A DNA stretch of 64,000 nucleotides, from contig JBGPFC010000016.1 in NCBI GenBank assembly GCA_041483195.1, positions 1-64,000 of the forward strand. The letters are read 5' to 3'. Every line of letters begins with the position of its first letter. Positions within the stretch are counted from its first letter, which is position 1. Below, piece after piece: positions 9,574 to 19,000 of the stretch. This stretch comes from Candidatus Eiseniibacteriota bacterium (GTDB taxonomy: Bacteria; Eisenbacteria; RBG-16-71-46). The translations under genes were made by a program, and so were the position numbers. The notes beneath the pieces were generated by a model that was given only the letters and a program-made list of their open reading frames with translations, ran no database searches and had not been told where the DNA came from.

Positions 9574-10818
9574 TCAGCCACGCCGCGCCGCGGCCACCGC
9601 CTGCGCGCGCAGGCGGAAGTGATCCGCCGCCTGTTCCGCCCAATCCGCGTGCTCGCCCACCAGCGTGGTGAGCTTGACCGGGCGTCCGCCCCGCACGTAG
9701 ATCCGCGTCACGCGCTTGCCGATCGTGCACATGATCTCGTAGGGAATGGTCTCGCTCCCGCGCGCGACTTCCTCGAGCGGGAGCGCCGCGTCCTGTTGAT
9801 CGCCGAACAGCACGACCTCGTCCCCCACGCGCGCCTCTGGCGCGTCGGCGAGATCCACCATGGTCAGGTCCATCGTCACGCGCCCGACGATGGGAACCCG
9901 GCGCCCGCCCACGAGCATCGCGCCGCGATTCGAGAGCAACCACGAGTAGCCGTGTCCGTAGCCCACCGCGACCACGCCGGTCCGGGTCTCGCGCGACGTC
10001 ACGTAGGTTCGTCCGTAGCTCACCGGCGCGCCGGCCGGCAGGTCGCGCACCTGCACCAGCCGGCTCTTGAACGACATGACGGGCTGGAGCACGACCCCGG
10101 TGGCCACGCCACCCGGCGAGTGGCCGTACGCGATCAGCCCCAGGCGCACCGCGTCGAAGTGGGCCTCGGGCAGTTGGAGCGTGCCGGCGCTGTTCGCGGC
10201 GTGCACGCGCGGCGCGCGAATGCCGCGTGCGCCGAGGCGTTCGAGCAGCGCGCCGAAGCGGGCGACCTGATCCCGCGAGAACGCGAGATCGTCGCCATCC
10301 GCGTCCGGGAAGTGCGTGTACACGCTCGCGAGGCGGAGCCCGGGGAGCGCGACCAGGGTCGCTAGAAACGCCTCGGCCTGGTCCTCGCGCACGCCGATGC
10401 GGCCCATCCCGGTATCCACCTCGACATGGACGCGCTGCGGCGCGCCGGCCGTGACGGCCGCGTCCGAGAGGGCGCGCGCGAATTCCAGGTCGCAGACCGT
10501 CGGATCGAGGCGGTGGGCCACCGCCTCGTCGATCTCGCTCGGGAGCAGCGGGGAGAGCACGACGATCGGGAGGCGACACCCCGCCTGGCGAAGCTGGATG
10601 CCCTCGTGCAGCGTGGCGACCCCGAGGTGCGCGACGCCCTCGCGCTCCGCGGCCTCCGAGATCTCCACCGCGCCGTGCCCGTAGGCGTCGGCCTTGACCA
10701 CCAGCAGGAGCTCGGGGACGCGTCCGGGCGGGCGGCCACGCGCGACGAAGGCGCGCACCGCGCGCAGGTTCGCCGCGAAGCGATCGAGGTCGACCTCGAC
10801 CCAGGTGGAGACGGGCAT
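9574..10818 (-). CDS. alr: Alanine racemase
   Basis: VVKADAYGHG (PLP lysine), DTGMGRIG, HAANSAG, GRVTMD, TIPYE. Start set at ATG 10818 because the upstream ATG lies inside the predicted -10 element. Confidence 0.95.
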   Translation of the reverse strand: MPVSTWVEVDLDRFAANLRAVRAFVARGRPPGRVPELLLVVKADAYGHGAVEISEAAEREGVAHLGVATLHEGIQLRQAGCRLPIVVLSPLLPSEIDEAVAHRLDPTVCDLEFARALSDAAVTAGAPQRVHVEVDTGMGRIGVREDQAEAFLATLVALPGLRLASVYTHFPDADGDDLAFSRDQVARFGALLERLGARGIRAPRVHAANSAGTLQLPEAHFDAVRLGLIAYGHSPGGVATGVVLQPVMSFKSRLVQVRDLPAGAPVSYGRTYVTSRETRTGVVAVGYGHGYSWLLSNRGAMLVGGRRVPIVGRVTMDLTMVDLADAPEARVGDEVVLFGDQQDAALPLEEVARGSETIPYEIMCTIGKRVTRIYVRGGRPVKLTTLVGEHADWAEQAADHFRLRAQAVAAARRG

Positions 10819-10870
10819 CGGCACCGGAAACCCTCGCGGACGTTGGATCGAGCTGCGGCGGCGGAAGCGC

Positions 10871-10900
10871 AGCATAGCGATGCGCGGTCCGGAGGCGCAA
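10871..10900 (-). promoter_or_regulatory. Putative sigma70 promoter of the alr-deo operon
   Basis: TTGCGC - 18 nt - TATGCT. Confidence 0.5.
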
Positions 10901-10948
10901 TCCGGTACGCGGCGCGTGCCTTCGGACGGCGGCCCCCGCCCGCGATTT

Positions 10949-10977
10949 TTGCCGTGCTGCCTCCCCTCCGCTATCTT
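10949..10977 (+). promoter_or_regulatory. Putative sigma70 promoter of mazG (leaderless geometry)
   Basis: TTGCCG - 17 nt - TATCTT; the ATG starts 7 nt after the last base of the -10. Confidence 0.6.
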
Positions 10978-10983
10978 CCGGGC

Positions 10984-11805
10984 ATGAGCGACCGCGAGCA
11001 GCAGGCCTTCGCCGAGCTGGTCTCGGTATGCCGCCGCCTGCGCGGGCCCGACGGCTGCCCCTGGGACCGCGAGCAGACGCTCTCAAGCATGACGCCATAC
11101 CTCACGGAGGAAGCGGTCGAGGCGGCGGAGGCGATCGCCTCGGGAAACGCGGAACACGTCGCGGAGGAACTGGGCGACGTCGCCTTCCTCGCGATCTTCT
11201 GCCTCGAGCTGCTGGGCGAGACCGGCGGGCCGCGGCTCGCCGACGCCCTCGAGCGCGCGGCGGCCAAGCTCGTCCGCAGGCACCCGCACGTGTATGGCGA
11301 CGCGAGCATCCGGGATGGCGATGCGGCCTACCGGCAGTGGCAGGAGATCAAGAAATCCGAGAAGGGCGAGCCCACGGCGTCGCTGCTCGGCGAGCAGCCG
11401 AAGGGGCTTCCCGCGCTGATCGCGGCCTATCGGGTGCAGGAGAAGGCCGGCGCGGTCGGTTTCGACTGGCCCGAGATCGCCGGCGCGCTCGCCAAGGTGC
11501 GCGAGGAGATGGCCGAGATCGAGCACGAGCTCGAAGGCGATGCCTCTCCCGCCCTGGCCCGCGAGATCGGCGACCTGCTCTTCTCGGTGGTCAACGTCGC
11601 GCGCCATCTCGGGGTGGATCCCGAGCGCGAGCTGCGTGCCTCGACGCATCGATTTCGCGACCGCTTCCACCACATCGAGCGACGGCTCGGCGAGCGCGAT
11701 CTCACGCCATCGCAGGTCACCCTCGAGGAGCTCGACCGCCTCTGGAACGAGGCGAAGGCTCACCCGCACTCGCCGCCGGCTCCGGCCGGACCCGAGACCC
11801 CGTGA
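10984..11805 (+). CDS. mazG: Nucleoside triphosphate pyrophosphohydrolase MazG
   Basis: LRGPDGCPWDREQT, EELGD, KLVRRHPHVY, VGFDW, EIGDLLF; two tandem MazG domains. Confidence 0.94.
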   Translation: MSDREQQAFAELVSVCRRLRGPDGCPWDREQTLSSMTPYLTEEAVEAAEAIASGNAEHVAEELGDVAFLAIFCLELLGETGGPRLADALERAAAKLVRRHPHVYGDASIRDGDAAYRQWQEIKKSEKGEPTASLLGEQPKGLPALIAAYRVQEKAGAVGFDWPEIAGALAKVREEMAEIEHELEGDASPALAREIGDLLFSVVNVARHLGVDPERELRASTHRFRDRFHHIERRLGERDLTPSQVTLEELDRLWNEAKAHPHSPPAPAGPETP

Positions 11806-12092
11806 TGGAAACCACGCCCTCGCGCGCCGCCGCGCTCTTTCTGCATCTCCTCCTCGGGCTTCAGCAGGGCGGCATGATGGCGCTCGGCAAGCTCATGAAT
11901 CCCATGACGCGCAAGATCGAGGTGAATCTCGAGGCGGCCCGCGACACCATCGATACGCTCGCCGCCATCGAATCCCGCACGCGCGGCAACCTCGAGCCGG
12001 ACGAGGAGCGGGTGCTCCGGCAGGTGCTCACCGAGCTGCGCATGAACTACGTGGACGAGCTGAAGAAGGCGAGCGCGAAGCCGGAATCATGA
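11805..12092 (+). CDS. DUF1844-like small protein
   Basis: ALGKLMNP...NLEAARDTIDTL...TRGNLEPDEERVL...LRMNYV pattern; TGATG coupling to mazG. Confidence 0.8.
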   Translation: METTPSRAAALFLHLLLGLQQGGMMALGKLMNPMTRKIEVNLEAARDTIDTLAAIESRTRGNLEPDEERVLRQVLTELRMNYVDELKKASAKPES

Positions 12093-12154
12093 GGCGTCGG
12101 CCCGGCGCGTCGCCCCGCGCCGGCGCGGCTTCGCCCGAGCGGCGCCGCGGACAC

Positions 12155-13339
12155 TCAGACCGGCTGCAGCACCGCGCACTTCAGGTAGTGGGTCTCCGGC
12201 ACCGCGAGCAGCTGCGGGTGATCCGCGGGCTCACCGGTCCAATCGAGCACGCGGAACGGGCGGCGCGCCGCGCGCGCCGCCTCGAGCAGCACCTGGCGAA
12301 ACAGGGCGTCGTCGAGGTGATGGCTGCACGAGCAGGTGATGAGCGTGCCCTCCTCCTCGAGCATCGCCATCGCCGCGCGGTTGAGCTCGCGATAGGCACG
12401 CGCGCCGGCCGCGAGATGGCGGCCCGACTTCACGAGCGCCGGAGGATCGAGCACGATGAGCCCGAATCGCTCTCCCAGCCGTTCGAGCTCGCGCACCACG
12501 TCGAAGCCGTCGCCGCGGCGAAGCGTCACGTTCGCGGTGAGCCCGTTGCGCTCGAGGTTGCGCCCCGCAGCTGCGAGCGCCGGCTCTGACGAGTCGACGG
12601 CCAGAACCGAAGCCGCCCCCCCGCGCGCGGCGTGCAGCACCCACTCGCCCTGGTAGCAGAAGAGGTCCAGCACGCGCTTCCCGCGGGCGCGCGCCTCGGC
12701 GCGGCGCCGGTTCACGCGCTGGTCGAGGAACAAGCCGGTCTTCTGCCCGTGGTGCAGGTCGGCCTCGACCCTGAAGCCCTCGAGCTCGACTTCGATGCGC
12801 TCCGGCACCTCGCCCCACCACACCCCGCGCTCGAGCGGCAGGCCCTCGAGCGTGCGGAGCGCCGAGTCGGCACATCGCATGACGCCGCGCGGGGCGAGCA
12901 CGGATTCGAGCGCCGCGCGCAGCAGGTCGGCGCGCCGCTCCATCCCCAGCGTCAGGACCTGGACCGCGAGGTAATCCCCGTACCGGTCCACGACCAGTCC
13001 CGGCAGCTGGTCGGCTTCGCCGTACACGAGGCGCAACGCGGGCTCCCCGGGCATCAGGGAGTCGCGCAGGCGCACGGCGCGCTCGAGGCGGCGCTTGAAG
13101 AATTCCGCGTCGATCGTGTCGCGCCCGCGGGTGAGGATACGGGCGCAGATCAGGCTCTTGCGATTGTAGTACGCGCGCCCCAGGTAGGCCCCGCGCCAGT
13201 CGGCGATCTCGACCAGATCGCCGTCGGCGGGCGTGCCTTCGACCGTCTCGATCTCGTTGCTGAAGATCCACGGGTGGCCACCGCGCACCCGGCGATCCTG
13301 ATTCTTGCGCAGCATCAGGCGCGCGGTGGGCTCCAGCAT
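12155..13339 (-). CDS. rlmI: RlmI-family SAM-dependent 23S rRNA methyltransferase
   Basis: PUA-like GHPWIFSNE, EADQLPGLVVDRYG, GQKTGLFLDQR, VLDPP, TCSCS, PETHYLK. Confidence 0.85.
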   Translation of the reverse strand: MLEPTARLMLRKNQDRRVRGGHPWIFSNEIETVEGTPADGDLVEIADWRGAYLGRAYYNRKSLICARILTRGRDTIDAEFFKRRLERAVRLRDSLMPGEPALRLVYGEADQLPGLVVDRYGDYLAVQVLTLGMERRADLLRAALESVLAPRGVMRCADSALRTLEGLPLERGVWWGEVPERIEVELEGFRVEADLHHGQKTGLFLDQRVNRRRAEARARGKRVLDLFCYQGEWVLHAARGGAASVLAVDSSEPALAAAGRNLERNGLTANVTLRRGDGFDVVRELERLGERFGLIVLDPPALVKSGRHLAAGARAYRELNRAAMAMLEEEGTLITCSCSHHLDDALFRQVLLEAARAARRPFRVLDWTGEPADHPQLLAVPETHYLKCAVLQPV

Positions 13340-13355
13340 GGGCGCGATGGCGCGA

Positions 13356-14261
13356 TCAGGCGCGCAGCGCGCCGGAGGGGATGCTGGCGAGGGCGAGGCC
13401 GATCAGCCGGTACGTGAGGCGCGCCGCGAGAAAGTCCGAGGCGACCATGCCGGGAAGGGGCGCGAGCTCGACGACGTCGAAGCCGACGATTCGGGAGCGC
13501 CGCGAGACCGCGGCGAGCAGATCCACCGTCTCGTACCAGCCGAGCCCGCCGGGCTCCGGGGTTCCGGTCCCGGGGACGATCGAGGGATCGAGCGCATCGA
13601 GGTCGAGCGTCAGGTACACGTCGTCGGTGAGGGAGCGGAGGATGGGATCCCAGCGACCCTCGAGCGCGTGGAACTGGCGCGCGCTCCAGATCGGCGCGGG
13701 ATGGCCCTCGAGGTACGAGGCCTCTTCCTCGCTCATCGAACGAATGCCGACCGATGAGGCCGGTACCAGCTCGCGGACGCGGCGCATGACGCACGCGTGG
13801 CTGTATGGTGAGTCGAGGTAGCGATCGCGCATGTCCGCGTGCGCGTCGAGCTGGAGCACGGACAGATTGCGCGTGCGGCTCGCGGCCGCGCGCACCGCGC
13901 CGGCGGTCAGGCTGTGCTCACCGCCCAGCATGACCGGGAGCTTGCCCTGCTCGAGGATCCACGCGACCGCCTGCTCGACCCGCGAGCACATCGTCTCGGG
14001 GCCCAGAGCGGTCGGCTCGAGCTCGGGGAGCGTGTGGATTCCGGCCTTGTAGATGGCGCCGATCTCCTCGTCCCAGAGCTCCATGTTCTGCGAAGCCGTG
14101 AGGATCGCGCGCGGACCCCAGCGCGTCCCGCCCTGGTACGTGGTGCTGAAGTCGTAGGGCGCGGGGAGAACCACCGCGCGGGCGGCGTCGAGGGCGGCGT
14201 GCTGTTCGCCGAGGCCGCCGAAATTGTTGGGCAGGCCGGTGGGCCAGTCGGGACGCTTCAT
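13356..14261 (-). CDS. speB: Agmatinase (ureohydrolase family)
   Basis: GGEHS, DAHAD, DLDALDP and GTGTPEPGG Mn-binding motifs; RBS AGGAGG upstream of ATG 14261. Confidence 0.9.
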   Translation of the reverse strand: MKRPDWPTGLPNNFGGLGEQHAALDAARAVVLPAPYDFSTTYQGGTRWGPRAILTASQNMELWDEEIGAIYKAGIHTLPELEPTALGPETMCSRVEQAVAWILEQGKLPVMLGGEHSLTAGAVRAAASRTRNLSVLQLDAHADMRDRYLDSPYSHACVMRRVRELVPASSVGIRSMSEEEASYLEGHPAPIWSARQFHALEGRWDPILRSLTDDVYLTLDLDALDPSIVPGTGTPEPGGLGWYETVDLLAAVSRRSRIVGFDVVELAPLPGMVASDFLAARLTYRLIGLALASIPSGALRA

Positions 14262-14290
14262 CGGTCGATTCCCTCCTGGTGCCACAAGCG

Positions 14291-14322
14291 GTGGGCCCCG
14301 CCCCGATCGGGGCGGGGCCCAC
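14291..14322. repeat. Perfect 32-bp GC-rich palindrome between the SpeD-family gene and speB
   Basis: GTGGGCCCCGCCCCGA|TCGGGGCGGGGCCCAC is self-complementary over its full length; no adjacent U-tract. Confidence 0.9.
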
Positions 14323-14334
14323 GCCGGACGGCGA

Positions 14335-14790
14335 TCAGCCCTGCCGGACCGCGGCGCGAGGCGTCGGGCGCGAGACCCGGCGGCGTTCGGCCCGCACCAG
14401 GCGCGCGGCGCCGTTCATCTCCTTCGGAAATTCGGTGCCCCGGTCGAGCACCGTGACGTCCACCTTCACCATGCCGAAGGCTTCCTTCAGGTAGGCGCCG
14501 GCGAACTCCGAGTCGAAGGCCTTGCACGAGAAGATGTCCACGCTCACGAAGTTCTTCTCGGGAAACGTGTGGATGCTGATGTGGCTTTCCGCGATAAGGA
14601 CGAATCCTGAGAGCCCCCAGTCCTCCGGCCTCACCCCGCTGTACTTGAACACGTAAGGCGGCATGATCTTCGTCATGCTGATCCGCGTCGGAAGCTCATC
14701 CAGAATCCGGTAGATGAGATTCAAGTCTTGAAGCCTCGCCTTGTCGCACCCATAACCGTCCAGCATCAGGTGAGGGCCGAAACCGACCAT
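14335..14790 (-). CDS. speD: Pyruvoyl-dependent decarboxylase proenzyme, SpeD/SpeH (class 1B AdoMetDC) family
   Basis: GPHLMLDGYGC, self-cleavage motif AESHISIHTFPE, DIFSC; RBS GAGGAGGT 10 nt upstream of ATG 14790. Substrate uncertain. Confidence 0.85.
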   Translation of the reverse strand: MVGFGPHLMLDGYGCDKARLQDLNLIYRILDELPTRISMTKIMPPYVFKYSGVRPEDWGLSGFVLIAESHISIHTFPEKNFVSVDIFSCKAFDSEFAGAYLKEAFGMVKVDVTVLDRGTEFPKEMNGAARLVRAERRRVSRPTPRAAVRQG

Positions 14791-14881
14791 TGGGTCAGCC
14801 ACCTCCTCGCAGCCATCGCGATTTACGCCTGTTTCCGTGTCCGATTCTCATCGGCAATGAACGCTTTCTGACTGGACCCGA

Positions 14882-15115
14882 CTAGGTCTCGTCGTCTGCT
14901 TCGAAGTCGTCGATGTCGTCTTCGTCGCCTTCGTACTCTTCGTCGAATTCGTCGTCGAAGTCTTCGTCTTCGAGATCTTCTTCGTCTTCGAGGTCGTCGT
15001 CGATGAGATCGTCTTCTTCGTCGCCGTCCTCTTCAGCATCCGTATAGCCCTCGGCTTCGTCGTCGGGGACGATCCCGAACTCTTCGCCGCCGGGGACTCC
15101 CTTTTTCCGCTTCAT
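14882..15115 (-). CDS. Small, extremely acidic, probably disordered protein (77 aa)
   Basis: MKRKK followed by a D/E-rich tract (44 of 77 residues are D or E); GAGGG RBS; a consensus promoter lies upstream. Confidence 0.75.
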   Translation of the reverse strand: MKRKKGVPGGEEFGIVPDDEAEGYTDAEEDGDEEDDLIDDDLEDEEDLEDEDFDDEFDEEYEGDEDDIDDFEADDET

Positions 15116-15239
15116 GGCACCCTCAGGCAGATGTCGCGCGCGGGGCGCGCCGGTCTCGGTTCTGGAGTCACTCGCTCCACGACGCGCTTGGATGCTCGCC
15201 CGCACACCTCGATGCGCGCCTTTCCGAAAAAGCATCGGC

Positions 15240-15267
15240 AGTATACGGAGCGCGTTCCCTCCGTCAA
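15240..15267 (-). promoter_or_regulatory. Sigma70 promoter for the acidic protein-speD-speB-rlmI unit
   Basis: TTGACG - 16 nt - TATACT. Confidence 0.65.
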
Positions 15268-15444
15268 TAAGAAATCGGCCTCGCCGTGAGCGAAGGTCAG
15301 CACATTCTGGAGACGCTCGGGCGGGCGAGGCGGCGACCGGGTGTCCGCCGCGGGGACCCAGGGGGGTGGTGGAGGGCCCGGCGCCGCGCGGGACGCGCCG
15401 GCAGCCTCACGGCACGGGAAAAATGCGGCGCGGCGTAGGACGAA

Positions 15445-15521
15445 TGGCGGGGTTGACGGGACTCGAACCCGCGACCTCCTGCGTGACAGGCAGGCGTTCT
15501 AACCAACTGAACTACAACCCC
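15445..15521 (-). tRNA. tRNA-Asp (GTC)
   Basis: 77 nt, GGGGTTGTAGTTCAGTTGGTTAGAACG...; anticodon arm CCTGC-CTGTCAC-GCAGG; GGTTCGAGTCC T-loop; encoded CCA. Confidence 0.98.
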
Positions 15522-15572
15522 ACGATGGGGCGGTGCGGCTCGGAACGAGGGCCGGCCGACCGCGAGCGAGGG

Positions 15573-15602
15573 ACAATAGACGTGCCCCTTCGCGAGTGTC
15601 AA
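15573..15602 (-). promoter_or_regulatory. Sigma70 promoter of tRNA-Asp, overlapping the thioesterase stop codon
   Basis: TTGACA (15602-15597) - 18 nt - TATTGT (15578-15573). Confidence 0.6.
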
Positions 15603-16024
15603 ACGAGGAAGGGCGAAAGCGCCTCGCGGAGGGCTTCGGGGACCGGGGCGGCGACCAGCTTCCCCCCCTCGCGGCGCATGCACGCGACTTCCTGCGTGCC
15701 GCGCGCCACCAGTTCGTCGCCGCCGCCGCGTCTCCTCCAGTACTCGAACTCCAGCCCGAGACGGTTCTGGGTCAGGCTCTCGAGCCTCATCCGCACGACG
15801 ACTTCGTCGAATGGCGCGAGTTCGGCGAGGTACTCGCACCCGCAGCGCGTCGTGACGAGCGCGAACCCGTCGGCGAAGTCCCGAAACACCGACGGGGCAT
15901 GATCCCGCAGAAACAGCTCGCGACAGCGCCCCTGCCAGCGGAGATGGTTCACGTAGTAGACATTGCCCACCAGATTGGTGTCTTCGAACCCCACCACGTG
16001 CCGGTACTCGTAGGCGCGCCTCAT
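15599..16024 (-). CDS. Enediyne-type hotdog-fold thioesterase (SgcE10/DynE7/CalE7-like)
   Basis: YEYRHVVGFEDTNLVGNVYYVNHLRWQGRCRELFL closely follows the enediyne TE signature; ATGA overlap with the PKS stop. Confidence 0.92.
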   Translation of the reverse strand: MRRAYEYRHVVGFEDTNLVGNVYYVNHLRWQGRCRELFLRDHAPSVFRDFADGFALVTTRCGCEYLAELAPFDEVVVRMRLESLTQNRLGLEFEYWRRRGGGDELVARGTQEVACMRREGGKLVAAPVPEALREALSPFLV

Positions 16025-19000
16025 GAGGGGGCGGCGCAGAGCACCGCGAGCGCCATCGGACCCGGCGAGCCGCGCGTGGCCGAGATCAGCGTGACCACCG
16101 CGAGCCGCCCGGACGCGAGCACGACCCAGCCGTCGGGTTCGGGCGCAACCAGCGTCAGGGGCGCGCCGGCGGGGACGCCCGCCTTTCGAAGCGCTTCGCC
16201 GGCGGACCAGACGCGCGTCGCGGCGCTCGAGAGGCCCTCGCCCGTCTCCCGCGCCAGGCTCTGCGCGAGGATGTAACGCTCCGGGGCCAGCAGATCCCTC
16301 CAGATCTCGGGCGCTCGCTCCCGCACCGCCTCGAGATCGCAGCCGACGGGTGCGTCCCCCCCGACCGCGAGCGTCAGCTCGCCGGCGTGCGCAAGCGAGA
16401 TCGCGGTCCCGTCCACCTCGGGCCGGCCATCCGGGCGATGACGTACCCGCGCCTCCCGGCCGAGGAGCCTCGATGCCGCGCACGCGCCCCGCGATTCGCG
16501 CGCGTCCTCGCGACCGCGTTCCATGACCACCCCGACGCGGGCCCCCGGCAGCAGCTCGCTCACGCGGCGCTCCACGTACGGCGCGAGGAGCATCTCCGGC
16601 CATGCTGCGCTCCTCGCCTGGGGCGCGACGCGCCGCAGCGTGAGCCCTTCCCAGCGCTCGAGAACGGCGCCCCCGCTCCCGATGAGGTCGAGGTCGTAAA
16701 CGAGGGTCTGCGCCGTCTCCGCGCGCTGGCGGGCGCGCACCCGGACGCCCTCGGTCGCGCTCAGCGCGAACGGCACGATCCGCTCGACGGAAACCGGCAA
16801 CACCACGGCGTGCGGAATGCAGGCTTGCACCGCGTGCATCGCCGCGTCGCGGGCGGCGGGATCGCCGAGCACCAGCTCCGCCGGCAGGTACCGGCCGAAC
16901 CACGCCGTCGCGCCGTCCGGAGAGATGTCGGCGATGCAGGACGTCGCCCGCAGCTCGGCGTATGCACGCAGCCGCCTGAAGCGTCCACGCTGAAACAGGA
17001 TCTCGCCGTACAGCTCCCGCGCCGGATCGAGGGCGGGAGACGCTCCACGCGCGTCGGGCGCGGCGGCCGTCTCCGCGCCGGCCTCGCGCTCGGCGGGGGC
17101 GCCGAAGATGCACGCCGCTCGGAAGTGGTCGGCCTGGAATCCGCTCGTCGAGCAGCGGAGCGCCACGTCGATGCGCCCCGGCCCGCGCGCGAGCGCGAGC
17201 AGGCGCACGCTCGTGCTCTCGCCGGCGGCGACCACCACCGGGCGTTCGAAGCGCACGTCCTCGAAGCGCGGCGGGGAATCCTGGTTCGCGAGCGCCATGG
17301 CCGCCTGCGCCATGGCCTCGAGCCCCATGACCGCCGGGAGCAGCCGCTCGCCCTGAAACACGTGATCCTCGAGATAGGGATCGGTATCGGCCGACAACTC
17401 GGCCTCGACGATCAGCTCGACTCCGGGCACGTGCACGAGCGGGCGTTCGAGGAATCGCAGCAGCGGCAGCTCGCCGTCCCGCATGCGCAGGGTCGGCGGG
17501 GAGCCGAACCGTCCGCTCACGACGATCGCGGTCGCGGGCAGCGGGCGCTCGAGCAGCTCGCGGAGCATCGCGATCCCCTGATCCGGGGTGATCGCGGTCA
17601 CGCCTTCGCCGGCGAGCGCGTCGATGCGCCCGAGCCGCTCGCCCATCCCGACCCCCGACCAGACCGACCATTCCACGACGAGCGCGCGGCAGTGCGGATG
17701 CGAGTCGCGCCACGCGCCGACCAGGCGCGCGAGCCATTCGTTCGCGAGCGCGTAGTCGGCCTCGCCGCGCATGCCCGTGCGCGCGATGATCGAGCCGAAC
17801 GCGACGAGCATGCGCAGCCTCGAGGGATCGAGCGCCGCGAGCACGTTGCGCGCCCCCTCCACCTTGGGCGCCAGCGTCTCGCGAAACGCATCGACATCGA
17901 GCGACCCGACCAGGCGCGGCCGATTGATCCCGGCGCCGTGCAGCAGCGCGGTGATTCCCCCGAGCGCTGCCTCGATCGCGCGCACCGCTGCGGCGACCGC
18001 TTCGGCGTCGGTCACGTCGGCCATCTCGTAACGCGCGCGCACCCCGGCGGCCGCCATGCGCTCCAGGTTGCGCGACAGCTCCGCGTCGGCCTCGGGATGC
18101 GATCGCCCGATCAGCGCGAGCCGCGCGCCGCTCTCGCGCGCGAGCGCGAGCGCGCACTCGGCGGCGATACCCTTACCGCCCCCCGTGACGAGCAGCACGT
18201 CGTCCGGGCCGAGCGGAGCTTCGTGCCGCGCGGCATCCGGGGGCAGGAGCGACAGCACGGGTTCCCATCGCCGGCCATCCGCATCGTATCGGCAATCGCT
18301 GAAGTCCGGGCCGCTCACCGCCTCGTGCGCCGCCCAGCTCGCGGCGCGCGCGTCGCCCTCCGGCACCTCGACGATCGACGTCGCGATCCACGGCGCCTCG
18401 AGATGGAGCGACCGCGCGAAAGACGCCGAGTCGGGGCCGCGCTGAACCAGCGCGAAGCGACCCGCCGGATGCTGCGCGAGCGCGCGGCGCGCGGCCTCGA
18501 GCAGCAGCGGGAGGTGACGCTCGCCGGGCGATGCGGGAAGACAGACCGCGACGCCGCTCCCGCCCGCGGATCGCAGCGCTTCATCGAGCGCCGGGCCGAG
18601 CGCGTCGCCGGGTTCCGCGAACACGGTCCATGCCCCGGGCGGCCGCACGCCGTCGGATGGCCGCGGCGGACGCTCGACGTGGTCGAGCGTGAACGCCCGC
18701 ACCCAGGTGTCGATCCCGGACGGGGCGAGATCGCGCCGGGGCGCGGACGACGCTGGCCCCACGCGTTTCAGTTCCTCCAGCGCGAGCGCGAGCTCCGCGA
18801 CCGTCGCGCCCGCGTACGACGTGAGATCGCGCGATGGCGCGAGCTCGAGACGCCGGAGCGCATCGGCGACCAGCTGACCCACGGTGATCGAATTGAGGTG
18901 GAGATCGACGAGCAGCCGGCTTTCGTCGCGGACCGCGTCGGCGGGAAGCTCGGCCCGCGCGGCGACCAGCTCTCTCACGAGCGCGAGGGTGTCGATCTCC

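Noticed and set aside
14882..15065. TCG/TCT-rich tract as a tandem repeat or CRISPR array
   Set aside because: It is the reverse complement of Asp/Glu codons; no repeat-spacer structure was seen here or elsewhere in the window.
15599..18157. 852-aa ORF suggesting a long thioesterase or a frameshift fusion with the PKS
   Set aside because: Only the last 141 codons look like real protein; the ATGA overlap explains it as ordinary translational coupling.
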